From: Paraglomus brasilianum
Lineage: Eukaryota
Reading direction: 5' to 3'
NCBI GenBank assembly: GCA_910592345.1
Contig: CAJVPI010000380.1
Coordinates: forward strand, 1 to 32,234
DNA length: 32,234 bases
Under the pieces are notes generated by a model that made no database searches, was not told the DNA's origin, and worked only from the letters and a program-made list of their open reading frames with translations. The first letter of the stretch is position 1, and each line of letters starts with the position of its first letter. Positions 27,781 to 32,234 of this stretch are shown here, piece after piece. The position numbers and the translations under genes were made by a program.

Positions 27781-28572
27781 TCACTTTGTTTAATTAATTT
27801 CTATTTCTTTTTCTTTTTTAATGGATCCTCCAATTGTTACGGTCGGATGGTCTGGAGTTTGGAAGAGTGATTAATCTTTCGCGTAGGGGTGTTCTTCCGA
27901 CCGGGGTTATTACCAGATTAGCTTCATGCTACCGCCCTTATTACGGTAGTTATTAATTCTAATCTACAAGTGACCTATTATATAATTAAATTAAATGCGC
28001 GCTTCTCAACTCCCTATCCGAGTCAAATCACTCGTGATTCCAAATAAGGGTACCCACAATAAAATAATAGCAACAATTATTTTTATCGCGGAATCGAAGG
28101 GGAATAAATTCTATTTAATATTAAACGGGGCCATCTTCGATTTGGTATTTTGACTAGTCAAATTCTGTCACTTGTCTCAAACTAATTAAACAATATTTGT
28201 TTTAATAAATAATTAATAACTCTCGTTCCTCAATTAAGAGTACTAAATCGACGGATAATTTATACAGCTTAAATGAGTCGTTTTTACAGCTAATTGAGCT
28301 GTTTTTACAACTTGAGCGGGCCGTTTATTAATATCCGGTTAAATAATTAATATAGCAACGATAAAAGAAAGCAAAATTTCAATTTTTAAGTGGAAAATAA
28401 TATGAACAAAACTAAACAACATTCACAACATCCAAATTTGACGATGGGATAAGGGCAGCAAAAATTGAAACAAAAGATATCAGCATAGAAATTTTCCAAG
28501 AACCAATAGATTCTAAATTAGCTAGTGGCGCTGGTACTAATACTCAAAATATGTAACGGCGGATATCGCTGA

Positions 28573-29140
28573 CAGTGAAACCTCTTCATACCGTCCCCCG
28601 GATATACCGGTTTTTGCTATAACGGCTCAAATTTTCAGGAACGGATTTTCACATATGAATTTCGCCTTTATATTTATATACCGGCCATCATTGGTTATAT
28701 TGTCTATACCGGCTCCGGTCGAAATTTTGCTGGACGAAATTCGTCATACTATTATAAAACTTCTACTTTTACTTTCTTCTATTACCATGGCACGTAAAAA
28801 ACGTTCTTTCCAATCAATAAATAAACTGAATGAAAAAAAAATCCAGAGTTTCACTCACTGCTTACAGAAAAAGGAAATTTGTCAAGAAATCCTTATTGTT
28901 CTCATAATCGAATTACGGAAATATTTGCTTGCGGAAGCAGTACGATTGGTGACATACTTCGTGAAAAAGATAAGTGGTTATCTATTAAAGAAAATGATTC
29001 ATCAGCGCAATTTAAGAAGAAGCGTCCCCCAAAGTGGCCTCAACTTGAAGAAGCTATGACAGTGTGGCTCGATCGTATCTTTCTCGGAAATCAAGACATC
29101 GATAGTGCGGCCATTTTGAATTAAGCAGAGTGGAAAATCT
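28573..29140 (+). mobile_element. 5' part of a pogo/Tigger transposon (family C) with frameshifted CENP-B-type HTH transposase N-terminus
   Basis: Left TIR CAGTGAAACCTCTTCATACCG; ATG at 28787; fragments SRVSLTA/LQKKEICQ/..FACGSSTIGDILREKDKWL..KKKRPPKWPQLEEAMTVWL (HTH_psq plus Tc5 HTH) with frameshifts and a stop at 29122-29124; no right TIR seen. Confidence 0.85.
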
Positions 29141-29269
29141 TAGGCAAGACGTTTTGGATCGAAGTTAGATTGAATAAAACGAGTAATAAAATAAACAAAC
29201 ATGTTATTAAATAATGAATTGCCCTTATATGTACTCTTGTATCACTTGCCTTTTATACCATTATCCTAA

Positions 29270-31200
29270 ATGACTGCGGAGGAAGATTTACCACGTGACC
29301 TACTTATCTGATTCGTTATTGAGAGAGACTGGTACTGGTATCGAATTTTATTCTTAGCAGAGGATAACATTAATCATCCAATTAAGAAATTGTTTACCAA
29401 TGAAGAGTGGTCAATAATGGAATCAAACTGGAGAAAGGTCTTTATTCTTTGCTTATTTGTGGTCAGTTTTTACTTCTATTTAACGGGAATATATTTTAGG
29501 TTGAAACAAAGATCGCAGATTCACTTCCTGAGATTGATGCGAGCATAAAACTACTTCTAGAGAAGTATAACAAGGCTATAATAGTAACCCACAATTGAGT
29601 CATGGGTTATTTGGCAGAAACTCTTGGGAAGTACTGAAGGCGAAAGTGCAACGAAGGCAAGGAAAAACTATATTGGCAGCAGATGGCGATCTGTGTAAAC
29701 GGCCTGGTGAACAACTACAATTAGTCGGAAACATGTTTTTCGTAAGTCTTATGTTATTTGTATTTGAATGATAAATCAGGAACGGTGATAAACATTTATT
29801 GTTGGTCTGGATCCATGCATGCTTCTTATTATTCGTGATGGTACTCTCGATGTTAAAGTCACGTTAATGAGAGAGAGACACTTATTTATTGAATATGAAA
29901 AATTTATTAATTCTTCATCGGGTGCCTTTTTTTTTTAACAATCTTTATCCTTTTATATTTTAGGAGAGAATAGTCGAAATTTTTAACAATGCTAAAGCCA
30001 TTTACGACAGAGTGAGTATTGATATTTAACACAGAAACATTGTCTTCGTTTACTATATGAACTAACTCATTTATTATTACTACTAATGTATTTTAGGTGA
30101 TAGCAGAGTCTCAGGACAGTGTCGGCGAGATCCTGAGCAATATAAACAATATGATAAACGATTTGGTAAGTAATAACGATATTAATAATATTAAAAATCG
30201 GTTATCATTTTGTGTAGCATCATTATTTATAAATAAATACTTTTTATTTTATAGGGCAGGATTATTTTAGATGTCGAGGAGCCTGAACGTTCTGCACTGG
30301 TGACCTTTCGTGGGACGCTTTTAATTTAGGTCAACAAGTGAATGCAGTCAACCCAATACGTCCTATTACATCAGCTATTTTAGACACGACTGGGGCTGAC
30401 AGCATTTGATGGAGATGAACGGGTCGGTTGGTTGCTTCAGCCTTCCGCCAGACGAATACACATCGATCAGCTTTCCCAATGCAGTAGATAAAATGTGTTG
30501 GGTATTAACAGCTGTGAATATGCAACAAAGTATGATGGGATTTCTATAATCAAACCAATCTCCATCCCATCAGCTGTTGATAAAGAACCTGTTGATGTGA
30601 GACTGCAGGTCCATGCAGCACATGTTCTGTTAGAAAATCTGTAAGTCAAGTTTTGAAACTTTTTTTTTGTAGATAAATTTGTATTTAACCAACAATCTTT
30701 TATTACATTATTAATTATAGGCGCCATATCTGGGCAGAATCATTATCACGTCATAAACTACAATGAGGGAACCTACATTGCAGAAGTTGTCTCACGTCTT
30801 TTTCAAGGCTTCAGCTACGGAAGGATATCTCTTGAGAGGAGATGGCAATACTTTCAACTACTTTCAACTATGTTAATATCGATGTTAAGAGACCTTATAT
30901 AAGTCCGCTCATGGTAAAGAGATTCTGCAAAAACTGTCGGCGATACCAATTATTCATTGTCTTGAGGTGAGAATTGCAGTCTTAGACAGGCCACATTATG
31001 TATATTATCGAGTACGCATGCTAGAGATTTTTCAAATACCTTTAAAGCCTCCAGAAAGTCTGGATTCATTGAAGAAATTTGTACATCGCTGGCTGCGTCT
31101 TCATTCATACATCAATAAGATTGCTAGTCAACTGCAGATACTTCAGCCTGAAATAGATAAGTTGGTGAACCCGATAAATGTTTACTGCAGCACACCATGA
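29270..31200 (+). pseudogene. Decayed multi-exon gene of unknown lineage-specific family
   Basis: Protein-like exons with GT-AG borders (ERDWYWYRILFLAEDNINHPIKKLFTNEEWSIMESNWRK|VETKIADSLPE..; INYNEGTYIAEVVSRLF; IAVLDRPHYVYYRVRMLEIFQIPL..) interrupted by stops and frameshifts. Confidence 0.55.
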
Positions 31201-32088
31201 GTGTGAGTGACTTGTCCACTATTCAAACTCCAACGACTTTGCGCTTTTATGACATAGCTTAGATTATAGTAAATGTTGCATTGATATGTATTAGTAGTAT
31301 TATTATTATACAATAAGATAACAGGTATCTCTTAATTTCATAAGCATTGGATTCTTGATTGTCGATTTAGTGATTTTCGTGACGGAGATTGATTTCGCGA
31401 AAAATCGAGCAGATCGTTATATGTAAACTCAAAATAATACTTACTGATCTTGTTGTGCGCATAACACAGAATGTATTACCAATAAAATTGCTTGTGTTGC
31501 TCAATTAATAAATCCCCGCTTCAGATATATCGATATCCCCAAAAAGTCTCGGGATATAAACTGTACTAACGAAATTTCCGTATATAAAAAACAAACCTGT
31601 TGACAGCCGGAAAGTCTTAATCGTATACTACTACGTTTATCGTACAAATATCTAGCGACTAGAGACTGAGTACCAAATTTTGACCATGTATTCATATACG
31701 CCATTGTTTATTGAGTATTTCAGGCAATACTTTCAAATGCATGGAGGTTTATTGTTAAAAATTTTCTCCTGAAGAGTTTAAAGGGTTATTTTTATAATAT
31801 ACACATTTTTACAATTAAGTTGTATTTTAAAAGGTGCGAAGTAACTGTTAAATTTGTGTTAGATACGTACGTATCTTACATTATTAATTATGTTGTCTTT
31901 GCTTTAATCTACAATCTAGTATAATGTGTGTAATTGGAATGTGTCGATATATTATTAGCAATAGATAGTGGAAACAATAACAGCAGTCGGTAACGTACTA
32001 CCGATCCCTGACCAGGTAGGTTATACAGAAATTGATATCATTATCGCTCGGTGAGTAAAGTCTTATCACGGTCTCAACTTTGTACGAA

Positions 32089-32234
32089 ATGAGCGATTTT
32101 GTTGATTTATCCTCGGGTCTTTCAGCCGACTATGAGAAACTGTTTGAAAGTGGCAGATATACAGATATTTCAATCCATGTTGGAAAGGAGCCAAGTAGCA
32201 AAATATTTTTCGCTCACACATTGGTAATGTGTAC
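32089..32234 (+). CDS. BTB/POZ-domain protein, 5' end (truncated by window edge)
   Basis: MSDFVDLSSGLSADYEKLFESGRYTDISIHVGKEPSSKIFFAHTLVMC matches the BTB N-terminal pattern (D+.I.VG..F.AH..+L). Confidence 0.85.
   Translation, partial: MSDFVDLSSGLSADYEKLFESGRYTDISIHVGKEPSSKIFFAHTLVMC

Overview
AT-rich, intron-dense eukaryotic DNA from a fungal nuclear genome. The Crinkler-type, BTB and pogo/Tigger content suggests Glomeromycota/Mucoromycota (inference). Conserved genes: mitochondrial isoleucyl-tRNA synthetase (+, 8296-13145, ~24 exons), an STI1/HOP homologue apparently lacking TPR1-DP1 (-), a CCR4/Ngl/Angel-type EEP nuclease (-) head-to-head with an F-box/LRR gene (+), SAR1 (+), and the start of a BTB/POZ gene at the right edge. 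Accessory DNA: a SAM-headed Crinkler-like PD-(D/E)xK gene running off the left edge, three families of TA-flanked pogo-like elements/MITEs (one nested, one in an STI1 intron with a probable parent 15 kb away), retroelement remnants and a decayed multi-exon pseudogene. The most unusual element is a 145-nt tRNA-shaped, Pol III-type gene at 5886-6030. Its acceptor, D and T arms are intact, but the anticodon loop is replaced by a 79-nt rod-like hairpin with no canonical anticodon. A bacterial-style tRNA-Ser(CGA) half at ~23211 may be an endobacterial or organellar relic. All calls were made by eye; no searches were run.
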